DNA of 39,574 nucleotides from Methanomassiliicoccales archaeon. GTDB lineage: Archaea > Thermoplasmatota > Thermoplasmata > Sysuiplasmatales > Sysuiplasmataceae. The notes under the pieces were generated by a model. The model saw only the letters and a list, made by a program, of their open reading frames with translations. It made no database searches and was not told the DNA's origin. The stretch covers positions 1 through 39,574 of the forward strand of contig JAVZQA010000001.1 of NCBI GenBank assembly GCA_038881315.1, written 5' to 3'. Shown here piece after piece: positions 19,106 to 28,460 of the stretch; the first letter of the stretch is position 1, and each line of letters starts with the position of its first letter. The position numbers were made by a program, and so were the translations under genes.

Positions 19106-19936
19106 CAGAGAGTTCTAGGAATGCCTCTTCGAGTGTAACCGGACCAACAGAAATCTCAATACCTCTTCTGCTGGCCTCATCTGCAAGCTCGAGAACCCGC
19201 TTTCTGTCCGAAAGAACGAGTATCCGTTTGCCATCCCTTATGACCATACCATAAGATCCAAGCGGCAGCTGCACCTCATCCTTGAGTATTGCCCCGTATT
19301 CCGCCCCCGCCTGACGCTTGAGCCCTTCGGTTGTGCCTGAATAGAGTACCTTCCCGGCGTCTATGACCGCAAACTCCTCAGAAAGCCTTTCTGTCTCATC
19401 CAGATAATGGGTGGTCAGAAAGATGGTTGAACCCATGTCCTTTATTTCCTGTATCACCTGCCACACCTGTCTTCTCGCCACAGGATCCATGCCAATCGTC
19501 GGTTAATCCAGAAAAGGCAGCGGGGAGCGTGTGGCTAAAACAGCAGCAACCATTGTTAGCTGCTTTTGCCCGCCGGAGAGTTGTATTGCCTTTATGTCAG
19601 CAAAGCCCTCCATTCCCATCTTTTCAATTATCCATGAAGCAGCACTTCGAGCTTCCTCCCTTGTGCCACCCCTGAACGGACATAGTGGTAGATATGCTCC
19701 CTCGGAGTGAGATGCCAGTATGGCCTAATCCCCTGAGGCACAACCGCAAGGACCTCCCTTGCTTGTCGAGCCTCACTGACAACGTCAAATCCCATTATCC
19801 TGATGCTCCCTGAGGTCGGAAGCAGGAGAGTCGAGGCTATCTTCACAAACGTTGTCTTTCCTGCACCATTTTTGCCAAGCAATGAAAAAAGCTTCCCCTT
19901 TTCAATGTGCAGCTCCACCGCTTCGACTGCCTCCAC
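19083..19936 (-). pseudogene. ABC transporter ATP-binding protein, disrupted (frameshift, nonsense codon in Walker B, truncated 5' end)
   Basis: Walker A GKNGAGKTT lies in one frame. LSGGQKQ (19566..19580) and the rest lie in another, with the shift near 19670..19685. Walker B reads PLPFLD-TAA-PTIGMDP, so the catalytic Glu codon is TAA at 19503..19505. An in-frame TGA sits 3 codons upstream of the GTG at 19936. Confidence 0.75.
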
Positions 19937-19945
19937 GAAATCTCC

Positions 19946-20704
19946 TCACCTATATACGAATGAGAAACCGGCGCTGCTGTTGCCTTCCGGCAGTCTGTCA
20001 AGCCTTTCCTGCAGAACCCTCATCTCCTTCAGTCTCACAATCTTCGGCTTAAGATCAGCAAGAAGTTTGGAAATGCCTTCCACGTGTCCGTCCCCCACCA
20101 CTGCAGCAATATTTGAGTGCTTGCCGGACAGTTCCCTCAGAAGGTGAGCCATATGATCGTTGCGCTCGTCTGTTAACACATGCTTGAAGGATGGAAATTG
20201 CTTTTCAAAGAGCTGCATATATTCCTCTTCGTTCTCCTCGTAGTTCTTCAACTCGTCATCAACAACCTTTCTGCCACCCAGCCCTATGCCGAATAACGCC
20301 ATGAAGAGACGAGCCTTTTCCCTCAAGCGCATCGATGCAAAGGCACGTCGGAAGGATTCGCTTATGTCTATGTCGATGCAATAGACAGGAACATTCAGCT
20401 CACTTGCGGCCTTGTATGCTGCAAGCATTTCGGAGCCGACAGCTGTGCCCCCCTCTCCTGCAAGTCTACTCTGGTATTTTGCAAGACGGCGGTATACAGT
20501 ACCGAGCAGGAAGCCCCCGCCCCCTGGTGGAGCTGGCGATACGCCTCTAGCCGACGTTTCCTGATTGTTTCCGCCGGCGAGCAGCCAGTTCAGTCTGTTG
20601 GCGTCAAGCTCCAGGCACACTGCATCCGGTTTTATATCCGCAAGCATCCTGTTTATTGCTTCATTTAGTCTGAAAACGTGCCCGACGCCCACCAGTGTTA
20701 TCAT
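19946..20704 (-). CDS. TraB/GumN (Tiki-like) family protein
   Basis: ITLVGVGHVF...PDAVCLELDANR...AAVVGDGHVEGI, matching the TraB family GxxH / E / GxxH pattern. Confidence 0.75.
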   Translation of the reverse strand: MITLVGVGHVFRLNEAINRMLADIKPDAVCLELDANRLNWLLAGGNNQETSARGVSPAPPGGGGFLLGTVYRRLAKYQSRLAGEGGTAVGSEMLAAYKAASELNVPVYCIDIDISESFRRAFASMRLREKARLFMALFGIGLGGRKVVDDELKNYEENEEEYMQLFEKQFPSFKHVLTDERNDHMAHLLRELSGKHSNIAAVVGDGHVEGISKLLADLKPKIVRLKEMRVLQERLDRLPEGNSSAGFSFVYR

Positions 20705-20710
20705 GCCCTT

Positions 20711-21805
20711 TCACGCTTCCTTCCAGCTGAATGTGAATATTGCTAGAAGGAAGAAGAAAATAGAGATGATCAGACTTATGAGCACATCCAGGAAGGCTGC
20801 CGAGTAATTGGTGTAAACCATAACATCGTTGAGGCCGTCTATGATGTAGAAGAGCGGTAGGACATGTGCGATTTGCTGGAGCCATCCAGGCATGATGCTG
20901 ATGGGGAAAAAGGTGCCTGCGAGAAACATCATCGGAAAGGTCACTATATTGCCTACAACAGAGGCACCCTCCTCGCTCTTTGCAATTGAGCCGAGGAATA
21001 TGCCTAGCGATACAAACATGAACACACCGATGAGCAGCAGCGGTACGATGTACAGGGAGATGGAGACGTTTACGTGGAAGGCATAGACGCCAAAGGCAAC
21101 CATTTCAGCGGCTGAGAGAAATGCTATCACTATATACCACAGAAACTGGGAGAGCAGCCATTCACCGCGCGTAAGGGGGGTGAATGAGAGCTGCCTGAAG
21201 ATCTTCTCCTTCCTGTAGTTTGAAACTAGAAAAGTGAGTCCGAATGTGGGTGTCGTGAGTATTGTGAAACCAATAAGACCGGGGACAAGGAAATCAACGT
21301 ATGTGGTTGCCACCACCGAATCCGTGTGCTCGGCGATGAAGATAACGTCATGCCCACCGCTAAGTTTGAGATTCATCTGCTGCACCACAGCGCCTATTGC
21401 CTCCGACGCAATCTGTGAGGAGGATTCTGCAGGATTGTAGTAGAATTTGAGATAGACAGGGGTGCTGTTCTGAACGTCTGAAGTGAAATTCGACGGAACG
21501 ACAAGTGCGGTGGTGATGGAATTCCTGGAAAGGTAGGAGGTCACATTCACCTCGCTTGGAATAAATTTAACGGAAACAAGATGTGTTTGGTTGAGTGACG
21601 AGAGAAACTCCTGAACCGCCGGGGCGTTGCCTGCCTGATTCTGCACGTACAGCGGAACTGTACCTGAAAGATTCCCAGCGAAGATGGAGCCAAAGATCGC
21701 AACGAACACTATTGGAAAGATGAAGGTGAAGAAAAGTCCCTCCCTGCTCCTGGAGAAATTCCTTGCGGTAATGCCGAAATTGGCTATAACGTTCTTGAGC
21801 TTCAT
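20711..21805 (-). CDS. ABC-2 type transporter permease (intact)
   Basis: An N-terminal TM helix, a large extracytoplasmic loop, and a C-terminal six-TM ABC-2 domain. It lies 2 nt after the ATPase gene. Confidence 0.85.
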   Translation of the reverse strand: MKLKNVIANFGITARNFSRSREGLFFTFIFPIVFVAIFGSIFAGNLSGTVPLYVQNQAGNAPAVQEFLSSLNQTHLVSVKFIPSEVNVTSYLSRNSITTALVVPSNFTSDVQNSTPVYLKFYYNPAESSSQIASEAIGAVVQQMNLKLSGGHDVIFIAEHTDSVVATTYVDFLVPGLIGFTILTTPTFGLTFLVSNYRKEKIFRQLSFTPLTRGEWLLSQFLWYIVIAFLSAAEMVAFGVYAFHVNVSISLYIVPLLLIGVFMFVSLGIFLGSIAKSEEGASVVGNIVTFPMMFLAGTFFPISIMPGWLQQIAHVLPLFYIIDGLNDVMVYTNYSAAFLDVLISLIISIFFFLLAIFTFSWKEA

Positions 21806-21807
21806 AT

Positions 21808-22713
21808 CTAATCGTTCACCTTTCCTACCATTTCTATGAACACGTCCTCAAGCGTGTCCTCCTTTAGCTCTATCTTTTCTAATTTTCCGTTGTAATTCCC
21901 TATCAAACGGAGCATCTCTGCAAGGCCATGCCCATCTCCCAGCTGAATGATAAGTGTTCCGTCTCTTTGCTCGATTTGGCCGTTAGCTTTCTCCCTCAGC
22001 TGTGAGGCCAGCTGTGTGTCTGCTGAAATAATGAGTCGTTTTCCCCTTCCGTACTTCGCTATGATCTCCGCCGGGGTTCCCTCGGCGAGCATCCTTCCTT
22101 CTTTTACAATTCCCACCCTGTCTGATAGCGCCTGTGCCTCCTCAAGATAATGTGTCGTAAGCAGTATTGTCTTTCCCTGTGTCTGCAGTCGTCTTATGAC
22201 TTCCCACATGTTGCGTCTCGCCTGCGGATCCAGACCGGTTGTAGGTTCATCCAGAAATATGACCTCAGGATCGTGCACAAGCGCAAGGCATAGACCAAAC
22301 TTCTGTTTCTGTCCACCAGACAGATTCATGTAGTATGTGTCCTGCACCCTTTTCAAGTCAACGAGATCCAGGAGTTCTTCGCTCCTGTCAGGGACTCCAA
22401 AGAGCTCACAGAAGTATCTAATTCCCTCCCTCGGTGTGATCCGCTGTATGAAATTGAACCCCTGTGGGATTATGCCAACGCGCATATGCATCCTCTTCTC
22501 TTCCTTCCACGGATCCATTCCTAGGACTGAAATGGTCCCCGCATCGGGTTTCCTTATTCCCTCGAGCATCTCTATCGTGGTTGTCTTTCCTGCACCGTTC
22601 GGACCGAGTAAGCTGAACACCTCCCCCGTTCTTATTCTCAATGAGAGCCCATTGACAGCCTTCAGTTCGCCGTAGGATTTGTGCAGGTCCACTGCCTCAA
22701 TCGCCGCTTCCAC
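21808..22713 (-). CDS. ABC transporter ATP-binding protein (DrrA-like, intact)
   Basis: Motifs GPNGAGKTT, LSGGQKQK, FLDEPTTGLD and LLTTHYLEE. GTG start. Confidence 0.9.
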   Translation of the reverse strand: MEAAIEAVDLHKSYGELKAVNGLSLRIRTGEVFSLLGPNGAGKTTTIEMLEGIRKPDAGTISVLGMDPWKEEKRMHMRVGIIPQGFNFIQRITPREGIRYFCELFGVPDRSEELLDLVDLKRVQDTYYMNLSGGQKQKFGLCLALVHDPEVIFLDEPTTGLDPQARRNMWEVIRRLQTQGKTILLTTHYLEEAQALSDRVGIVKEGRMLAEGTPAEIIAKYGRGKRLIISADTQLASQLREKANGQIEQRDGTLIIQLGDGHGLAEMLRLIGNYNGKLEKIELKEDTLEDVFIEMVGKVND

Positions 22714-22774
22714 GCTTCCACTCCGCAGATAGAAGTTTCAGTGACGTCCATTATAAATAAGTGCACTCATGCCT

Positions 22775-23659
22775 TCAAATATCATTGAGTACTTTTAAAT
22801 CGGAAGCATAGAGTCTCCAGTCAGTGGCACCTAAATTCTCTTTCAGATGCACGGCGTCAGAGGATTTTGGTATGGGCATAGCACCGGAACAGATAATCCA
22901 GTTGAGTGCCACCTGTGACGGTGTCTTACCGTTTCTGGCAGCTATCTCATTTAAGACCTTACCGCATCTGCCAGTGAATACCCTTCCTCTGGCAAGTGGC
23001 TCGTATGCTATGATGCCTATTCCCTCTTTCTTACAGTAGGCCAGCAGATCGTGCTCGGCTGCCTTGTCAAGGAGATTGAACTTTATCTGGTTGGACACAA
23101 TTTCATATTTGGAAAGACAGCTACGGGCGTCCTCAAGCAGCTCTACACCGAAGTTAGACACGCCTATGTGTGCAATCTTGCCTTCTTCCTTGAGTTTCTC
23201 CATTGCACGCATTGTCTCCCTGATGGGTATAGAATCATTGGGCCAGTGTATCTGGTAGAGGTCAATTGTCTTAACACCCAGCCTTTTAAGACTTCTCTGC
23301 GCAGATTTGAGCACATCCTCATAGGCAAGGTTGGTTTGCCACACCTTAGTCGCAATTGTCACCCCTTCGCTGCCATCCACCGCCTGCCGCACCAATTCCT
23401 CGCAGTGTCCTGCGCCATACATCTCGGCGGTGTCAATGAACCTGTAACCAATTTCCAGCGCAGTCCGGATGGCGGCTACATCCCTCTTGTCATTCTCCGT
23501 GTCTGGGGTGAATGTGCCTCCCAGTTTCCAGGTTCCGAGTCCTATCTCTGGCACATCGAATCCTTCCTTCCAGGTGAACAATGTACCCCTCCACTTCAGC
23601 AAACTTTCGCAGGGGATATAATCATCAGTGGCTATTAACATTCCCGATTCGATTGACAA
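22775..23659 (-). CDS. Aldo/keto reductase (diketogluconate-reductase-like)
   Basis: Motifs GLGTWKLG, IDTAEMYG, LYQIHWP and a C-terminal IPKSSDAVHLKENL. The start is uncertain: TTG at 23581 (MFTWKEGFDVPEIGLGTW) would fit the family length better. Confidence 0.85.
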   Translation of the reverse strand: MSIESGMLIATDDYIPCESLLKWRGTLFTWKEGFDVPEIGLGTWKLGGTFTPDTENDKRDVAAIRTALEIGYRFIDTAEMYGAGHCEELVRQAVDGSEGVTIATKVWQTNLAYEDVLKSAQRSLKRLGVKTIDLYQIHWPNDSIPIRETMRAMEKLKEEGKIAHIGVSNFGVELLEDARSCLSKYEIVSNQIKFNLLDKAAEHDLLAYCKKEGIGIIAYEPLARGRVFTGRCGKVLNEIAARNGKTPSQVALNWIICSGAMPIPKSSDAVHLKENLGATDWRLYASDLKVLNDI

Positions 23660-23700
23660 GCACCTTCTTTCAGGGCATTTATGGATTTCAGGACGCGGTC

Positions 23701-24234
23701 TTGGTCATCATAGGTCTCTCCGTGGGGTATTCGCTCATAAGACGGAGCCCTGATGATCCAACGGTATGGATACCAAATGACACTGTCACAATAATAAGAT
23801 GGGCTGTAGGCGTCTTTTTCATGCTCCTCTGCCCCCTCACGTTTTCAAGGAACCAAAGCAGCACAGATATAACGCTTTCAATTACAGGCATAGCAGTCTT
23901 TCTGGCAGGTGCTGTCTTTTTTTTCGGAGCAAAATCGCCGCTTTCATCTATCTTTCAGAAGGAGGTGGAGGGAATACTCGCACTCAACCCGCGTGGCTTT
24001 TACAGGATGCTGCGCCATCCTATCTTCTTCGGTTATTTCCTGCTTGCATTCGGTTACGCCATAACACTCGTCTCACTTCCCGGCATCATTGTTTCTGTTG
24101 CTGTGATACTCCCATTGATGGTATACTCCGCTGCCAGAGTTGACCAATACTGGGCCCGGAGAGGAGGAAATAGTTATGCGATCTACAGTGAGAGAGTGCC
24201 GCTCTTCTTTCCTGCCTCCCCCAGACGAAAATGA
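23701..24234 (+). CDS. Isoprenylcysteine carboxyl / phospholipid methyltransferase-family membrane protein
   Basis: TM-rich, with C-terminal LRHPIFFGYFLLAFGYAI ... YAIYSERVPLFFP (ICMT/PEMT-type motif). I prefer the TTG start at 23701, because the track start at 23581 overlaps the opposite-strand AKR gene. Confidence 0.6.
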   Translation: MVIIGLSVGYSLIRRSPDDPTVWIPNDTVTIIRWAVGVFFMLLCPLTFSRNQSSTDITLSITGIAVFLAGAVFFFGAKSPLSSIFQKEVEGILALNPRGFYRMLRHPIFFGYFLLAFGYAITLVSLPGIIVSVAVILPLMVYSAARVDQYWARRGGNSYAIYSERVPLFFPASPRRK

Positions 24235-24250
24235 TAGCCATATAATGTAG

Positions 24251-25198
24251 ATGCCCATAACCTTTGGCGTGAAGGCTTCGGCGCCAGGCAAGGTCATCCT
24301 GTTTGGCGAGCATGCAGTTGTGTTTGGCAAGCCCGCAATTGCCGCTGCAATAGACATGCGCATTGAAGTCGACTGCACACCCTCATCTATAACACTTTTC
24401 AACGGTTTGCCTGTGGCGCAGACAAACACACCGCATGCATATCACGCCCTCAGGCTCTCCGGCAAAAGCGGGGCGGAAATCAGTGTAAGATCTGATATAC
24501 CTGCGGGTGCCGGCCTCGGCTCCTCAGCCGCGCTTGCTGCGGCGCTCACCGCATCTCTCAATCCTGAAATGAAGGAGAGCGAGATCGCCTCGACTGCCTA
24601 TAAAATTGAGCTGCTGTCGCAGAAGAGGGCCAGCCCGCTAGACACCTCTGCTGTGGTGCACGGACACGCAATATACGTCAGCGCAGGTGGAAGGGAGGGT
24701 ACATTGTGGTCGGTGGGGAACGAGGAGGTCAGATGGGAGGTGAGCCATCTGGATATAAGGGCACTGCCTATTGTCATAGGGTACACGGGGGTGCCAGCGG
24801 CCACCGGACCACTTGTGCTGAGAGTCAGAAAGATGTGGGAGAGGTTTCCGACTGTGCGACTTGCAATCGAGGAAATAGGAACCATCACTGAAGAGGCAGT
24901 CAAGCTACTTCCAACAGGAGATCTCACAGCGCTGGGAAGACTCATGGAAAGGAACCAAAAGTTGCTCTCCGTGATCGGTGTAGGCTCCCCCGTCGTCGAC
25001 AAACTGCTGGATGCCGTCAGGCCACTCTGTTACGGTGCAAAACTCACGGGAGCAGGGGGTGGCGGAAGCATCATTGCATTGACTGACAAACAGGAGAAGG
25101 TCATGGAAGCTATACGCCAGAAGGGAGGCATACCCTACAGTTGTTCGCTCGGTGCGGAAGGCATAAGGAGAGTACATGAAGTGCGACACACTGATTAG
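24251..25198 (+). CDS. mvk: Mevalonate kinase
   Basis: APGKVILFGEHAVVFGKPAIA, the GHMP motif PAGAGLGSSAA, and C-terminal KLTGAGGGGS. Confidence 0.9.
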   Translation: MPITFGVKASAPGKVILFGEHAVVFGKPAIAAAIDMRIEVDCTPSSITLFNGLPVAQTNTPHAYHALRLSGKSGAEISVRSDIPAGAGLGSSAALAAALTASLNPEMKESEIASTAYKIELLSQKRASPLDTSAVVHGHAIYVSAGGREGTLWSVGNEEVRWEVSHLDIRALPIVIGYTGVPAATGPLVLRVRKMWERFPTVRLAIEEIGTITEEAVKLLPTGDLTALGRLMERNQKLLSVIGVGSPVVDKLLDAVRPLCYGAKLTGAGGGGSIIALTDKQEKVMEAIRQKGGIPYSCSLGAEGIRRVHEVRHTD

Positions 25199-26411
25199 AT
25201 GCGGCCAGCTGTGCACATTTCACGGTGTAAATGCGCTTTCCGGCGAGGCACTGTCGGAGATGGATGTGATTGATGATGGCTGCATAGTTGTCAGGGACGG
25301 CATAATTGTTGACACTGGACGTTTCAAGTCAGTCAGGGCAAGACACAGCGGCCGGGTTTTCGATACAGGGGACAGAGCCGTTCTGCCTGCTTTTGTGGAT
25401 CCACACACGCATCTTCTTTTCGCAGGCGAAAGATCATCTGAGCTGTCAATGAAACTCAGAGGTCTGTCATACGGTGAAATACTGGCGCGGGGCGGGGGAA
25501 TAATGAGGACAGTCAGGGCGACCCGGCGGGCATCACGGAAGGCGCTGATGCGCGATGCGACTGCACGTATTACAGACATGCTCCATCAGGGGACTTGCTC
25601 CTTTGAAGTGAAATCGGGATACGGTCTGACTGCCAGTAGCGAAATAAGAATGCTCGAAGCGCTGAAATCACTTTCGAGGAAATACAGCATAACAGCCACC
25701 TATATGGGTGCACATTCCCTGCCGCCGGGAAAGAAGCGGGAAAGTTATGTGGAGGAGATCAGGCGCATACATCTTCCTGCGATTGTGGACAGAAAGCTCG
25801 CTTCCTTCTGTGATGTCTTCGTCGAGGCATTTGCCTTTTCCACAGAGGAGGCGCTTGCAATACTGACCGCAGCATCCTCATTGGGTCTGCGAACCACCGC
25901 ACATATAGACGAATTTTCCTCTACTGGAGGTGTCGAGCGGCTTGCTGCAGCTGGAGTCCATTCCCTCTCTCATCTCGCTTTCACCAGAAGGGATGAATTC
26001 AGTGTCATGGCGAGGCATCATGTGATGGGTATACTGCTTCCCTCGACCCCGCTTTTCAGCTTCTCTGAACATTACCCTGATGGGAAGGGTATGATCTCCG
26101 AAGGTGTGCCGGTTGCCATAGGCACCGATTTGAGTCCCAACTCATGGAATACGAGCATGCTGTTTTCATGCATGATGGCGGTCTATAAATGCGGCCTAAC
26201 GGTGGAGCAGGCAGTCGCCTCATCAACACTGAATGCAGCCTGCGCGATAGGGCAGGGAGATAGTGTTGGGACGTTAGACAAGGGTAAACTTGCAGACATA
26301 CACGTGCTCAACTGCAGCCGTATACAGGACCTCTTCTACAGATACTCCGGGAACATGACCGCAGCCGTTTTCAGGAAGGGAATTCCGGTTTACTCTTCAC
26401 CTGATCTCTGA
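25176..26411 (+). CDS. hutI: Imidazolonepropionase-like amidohydrolase
   Basis: FVDPHTHLLFAGERSSEL..LRGLSYGEILARGGGIMRTVRATRRAS is the characteristic HutI signature. The ATG is preceded by AGGAGA and overlaps the mvk 3' end by 23 nt. Confidence 0.8.
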   Translation: MKCDTLIRCGQLCTFHGVNALSGEALSEMDVIDDGCIVVRDGIIVDTGRFKSVRARHSGRVFDTGDRAVLPAFVDPHTHLLFAGERSSELSMKLRGLSYGEILARGGGIMRTVRATRRASRKALMRDATARITDMLHQGTCSFEVKSGYGLTASSEIRMLEALKSLSRKYSITATYMGAHSLPPGKKRESYVEEIRRIHLPAIVDRKLASFCDVFVEAFAFSTEEALAILTAASSLGLRTTAHIDEFSSTGGVERLAAAGVHSLSHLAFTRRDEFSVMARHHVMGILLPSTPLFSFSEHYPDGKGMISEGVPVAIGTDLSPNSWNTSMLFSCMMAVYKCGLTVEQAVASSTLNAACAIGQGDSVGTLDKGKLADIHVLNCSRIQDLFYRYSGNMTAAVFRKGIPVYSSPDL

Positions 26412-26923
26412 CGTCTCTTTCCATTTCTACGCATTTTAGGCGCATCCTCAAGCTGGACGGATTCGTGTATGCTCTCCTTTATAGTCATCAGCGAGTAGAA
26501 GGTGCTGCTCCTTTCAACTCCTTCCGTACGACTCAGCCTTTCAATTATGGAGGCAAGTTCCTCCTTGCTCCTGCATCTGATCATGACAACAAAGTCGACA
26601 TCCCCCATAACAAAATAAACTGCCCAGACCCCCTTAATCTGTGCGATTGCCCTTCCTATGTTCTCTGAATATCTGGGTCCGTATCTACCTCTGACCAGTG
26701 AAATTGCAGTGACGCTGTTTCCGAGTCTGTCAGGGTCAAGTATGGCATGTATCCCCTTAATGATTCCCCTCTCCTTCAGCGATTTGACCCTGTTGTGCAC
26801 GGTTGATTTTGAGACGGAGAGAACGGAGGCCATGTCCTGGAAGCTCATGCTTCCGTCTTCCGCCACCAGCTTCAGTATCTTTCTGTCGACCTCATCGATA
26901 TCGTTTGGACTGGCGGGTTTCAT
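26390..26923 (-). CDS. Lrp/AsnC family transcriptional regulator
   Basis: N-terminal HTH (DRKILKLVAEDGSMSFQDMASVLSVSKSTVHNRVKSLKERGII) followed by a RAM-like domain. Confidence 0.85.
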   Translation of the reverse strand: MKPASPNDIDEVDRKILKLVAEDGSMSFQDMASVLSVSKSTVHNRVKSLKERGIIKGIHAILDPDRLGNSVTAISLVRGRYGPRYSENIGRAIAQIKGVWAVYFVMGDVDFVVMIRCRSKEELASIIERLSRTEGVERSSTFYSLMTIKESIHESVQLEDAPKMRRNGKRRQRSGEE

Positions 26924-26972
26924 GCGCGATGCATCCTCAACTCACTACAATAAGCTTCCCCGACGGTCTTGC

Positions 26973-28460
26973 CTAAAGCCATCTCTCAATTGCAACACGT
27001 CTGTCAGTGTAGAATGAAAGATAATCCTCACCGCCCTGACCATGCAGCTGACCGAAGAAGGATTCCCTGCATCCACCGAAGGGATAGGTTGCCGCAGGGG
27101 CAGCAACGCCAACATTGATCCCTATGTTCCCTGCCTTAGCCTTCAGCCTGAATCTCCTTGCGGCAGCCCCATCCGAGGTGTAGATGACCGCCATGTTGCC
27201 GTATCTGCTTCTATTTATCATCTCTATGCTCTCATCTAGGTCCTCTGTGGTTATGAATGAAGCCACAGGGCCGAATATCTCTTCCCTTGCAACAGCCATA
27301 TCCTCTTGAACACCATCCAGGACGGTAGGACCGAGAAAGTTGCCCTCTGGATATTCGTGGACGGTAATTTCCCTACCGTCCAGCGCAGCAGCGGCCCCTT
27401 CCTCTATGCCTTTCTCAATGTACCCTTTGACTCTGTTGAGATGTTCTCTGGTAATGAGCGGACCCATGGCCACAGTCTCATCCAACCCATAGCCCAGCTT
27501 CAGAGATGCAGCTGCCGAAACGAATTTGCGCAGCACTTCATCATGATTCCGCTCAAAGCAGACGAGGTTGGAGCCGGCAAGACATCTCTCTCCCGCATTT
27601 CCGTAGAAACTGTTCATCATATTGGACAGGGCAGCGTCCAATTTTGCGTCCGGCATCACGACGATAAAATTCTTCGCCGACGCCTGAACCTGAACGCGCT
27701 TGCGTCGCGAGCAGCAACGGTCAAAGACCTGTCTACCAACTGCGGTTGAACCGACAAATGAAACACCCGCAACCCTGTTATCATCTATTATCTGCTCCAC
27801 CACCTCTCTTCCGCCGTTGATTAGATTCAGTACACCATCAGGAAAAATCCTCTCTTCCAGAATGCGGGAAAATATGTAGTTCATCGTAGTGGGTGTTCTG
27901 TCTGAGGGCTTGAGGACAAATGTGTTCCCGGTCGCAAGGGCATAGGGTATGAACCAGAATGGAATCATCATCGGAAAATTGAATGGCGTCACCGCGGCGA
28001 AGACACCTAGTGGCTCCAGCATGAGTTCCTCGTCTATGCCAGGCGCAATGTTGACAGTCCTCCTGCCATCAAGTTTGTAGATTGCAGAAAGGGAGGCTTC
28101 GACGTTTTCTATACCCCTCTTAACCTCCCCTCTCGCATCATCCACCGTCTTACCGTTTTCCTGCACAATCAGTCGTGCTATGTTCTCCTCCTCCGCCTTG
28201 AGCAGATTGTGCAATTGAATCAGTCTGTTGACACGCTCTGTCACAGGTTCTGAAGCCCATTTTTCAAAAGCTTCCTGCGCTGAACCCACGGCCTCATCCA
28301 CCTGTGTCCTGGAGGAGTAGGTGAGTTTCCCAAGCCTTCTCCCCGTTGCGGGATTTGTTATCTCAAGACTGCCCTCTCCGGAGGGTTCCTCCCTCCTTCC
28401 ATTCACAAAGTTGGGAAAAACCTTCGGTGAGTAAGTGAATTCACTCAGCACATGTCTCAC
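26973..28460 (-). CDS. Aldehyde dehydrogenase, methylmalonate-semialdehyde dehydrogenase-like
   Basis: FNFPMMIPFWFIPYALATGNTFVLKPS and the catalytic-Cys region GNAGERCLA. The GTG start overlaps the aminotransferase stop (GTGA). Confidence 0.8.
   Translation of the reverse strand: MRHVLSEFTYSPKVFPNFVNGRREEPSGEGSLEITNPATGRRLGKLTYSSRTQVDEAVGSAQEAFEKWASEPVTERVNRLIQLHNLLKAEEENIARLIVQENGKTVDDARGEVKRGIENVEASLSAIYKLDGRRTVNIAPGIDEELMLEPLGVFAAVTPFNFPMMIPFWFIPYALATGNTFVLKPSDRTPTTMNYIFSRILEERIFPDGVLNLINGGREVVEQIIDDNRVAGVSFVGSTAVGRQVFDRCCSRRKRVQVQASAKNFIVVMPDAKLDAALSNMMNSFYGNAGERCLAGSNLVCFERNHDEVLRKFVSAAASLKLGYGLDETVAMGPLITREHLNRVKGYIEKGIEEGAAAALDGREITVHEYPEGNFLGPTVLDGVQEDMAVAREEIFGPVASFITTEDLDESIEMINRSRYGNMAVIYTSDGAAARRFRLKAKAGNIGINVGVAAPAATYPFGGCRESFFGQLHGQGGEDYLSFYTDRRVAIERWL

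Noticed and set aside
19503-19505. The in-frame TAA in Walker B of the ABC ATPase, considered as a possible stop-codon reassignment or readthrough.
   Set aside because: TAA terminates well-supported genes in the same window, for example MarR at 1354..1356 and the OFOR beta subunit at 5737..5739. The same gene also carries a frameshift and a truncated 5' end, so pseudogenisation is the simpler explanation.
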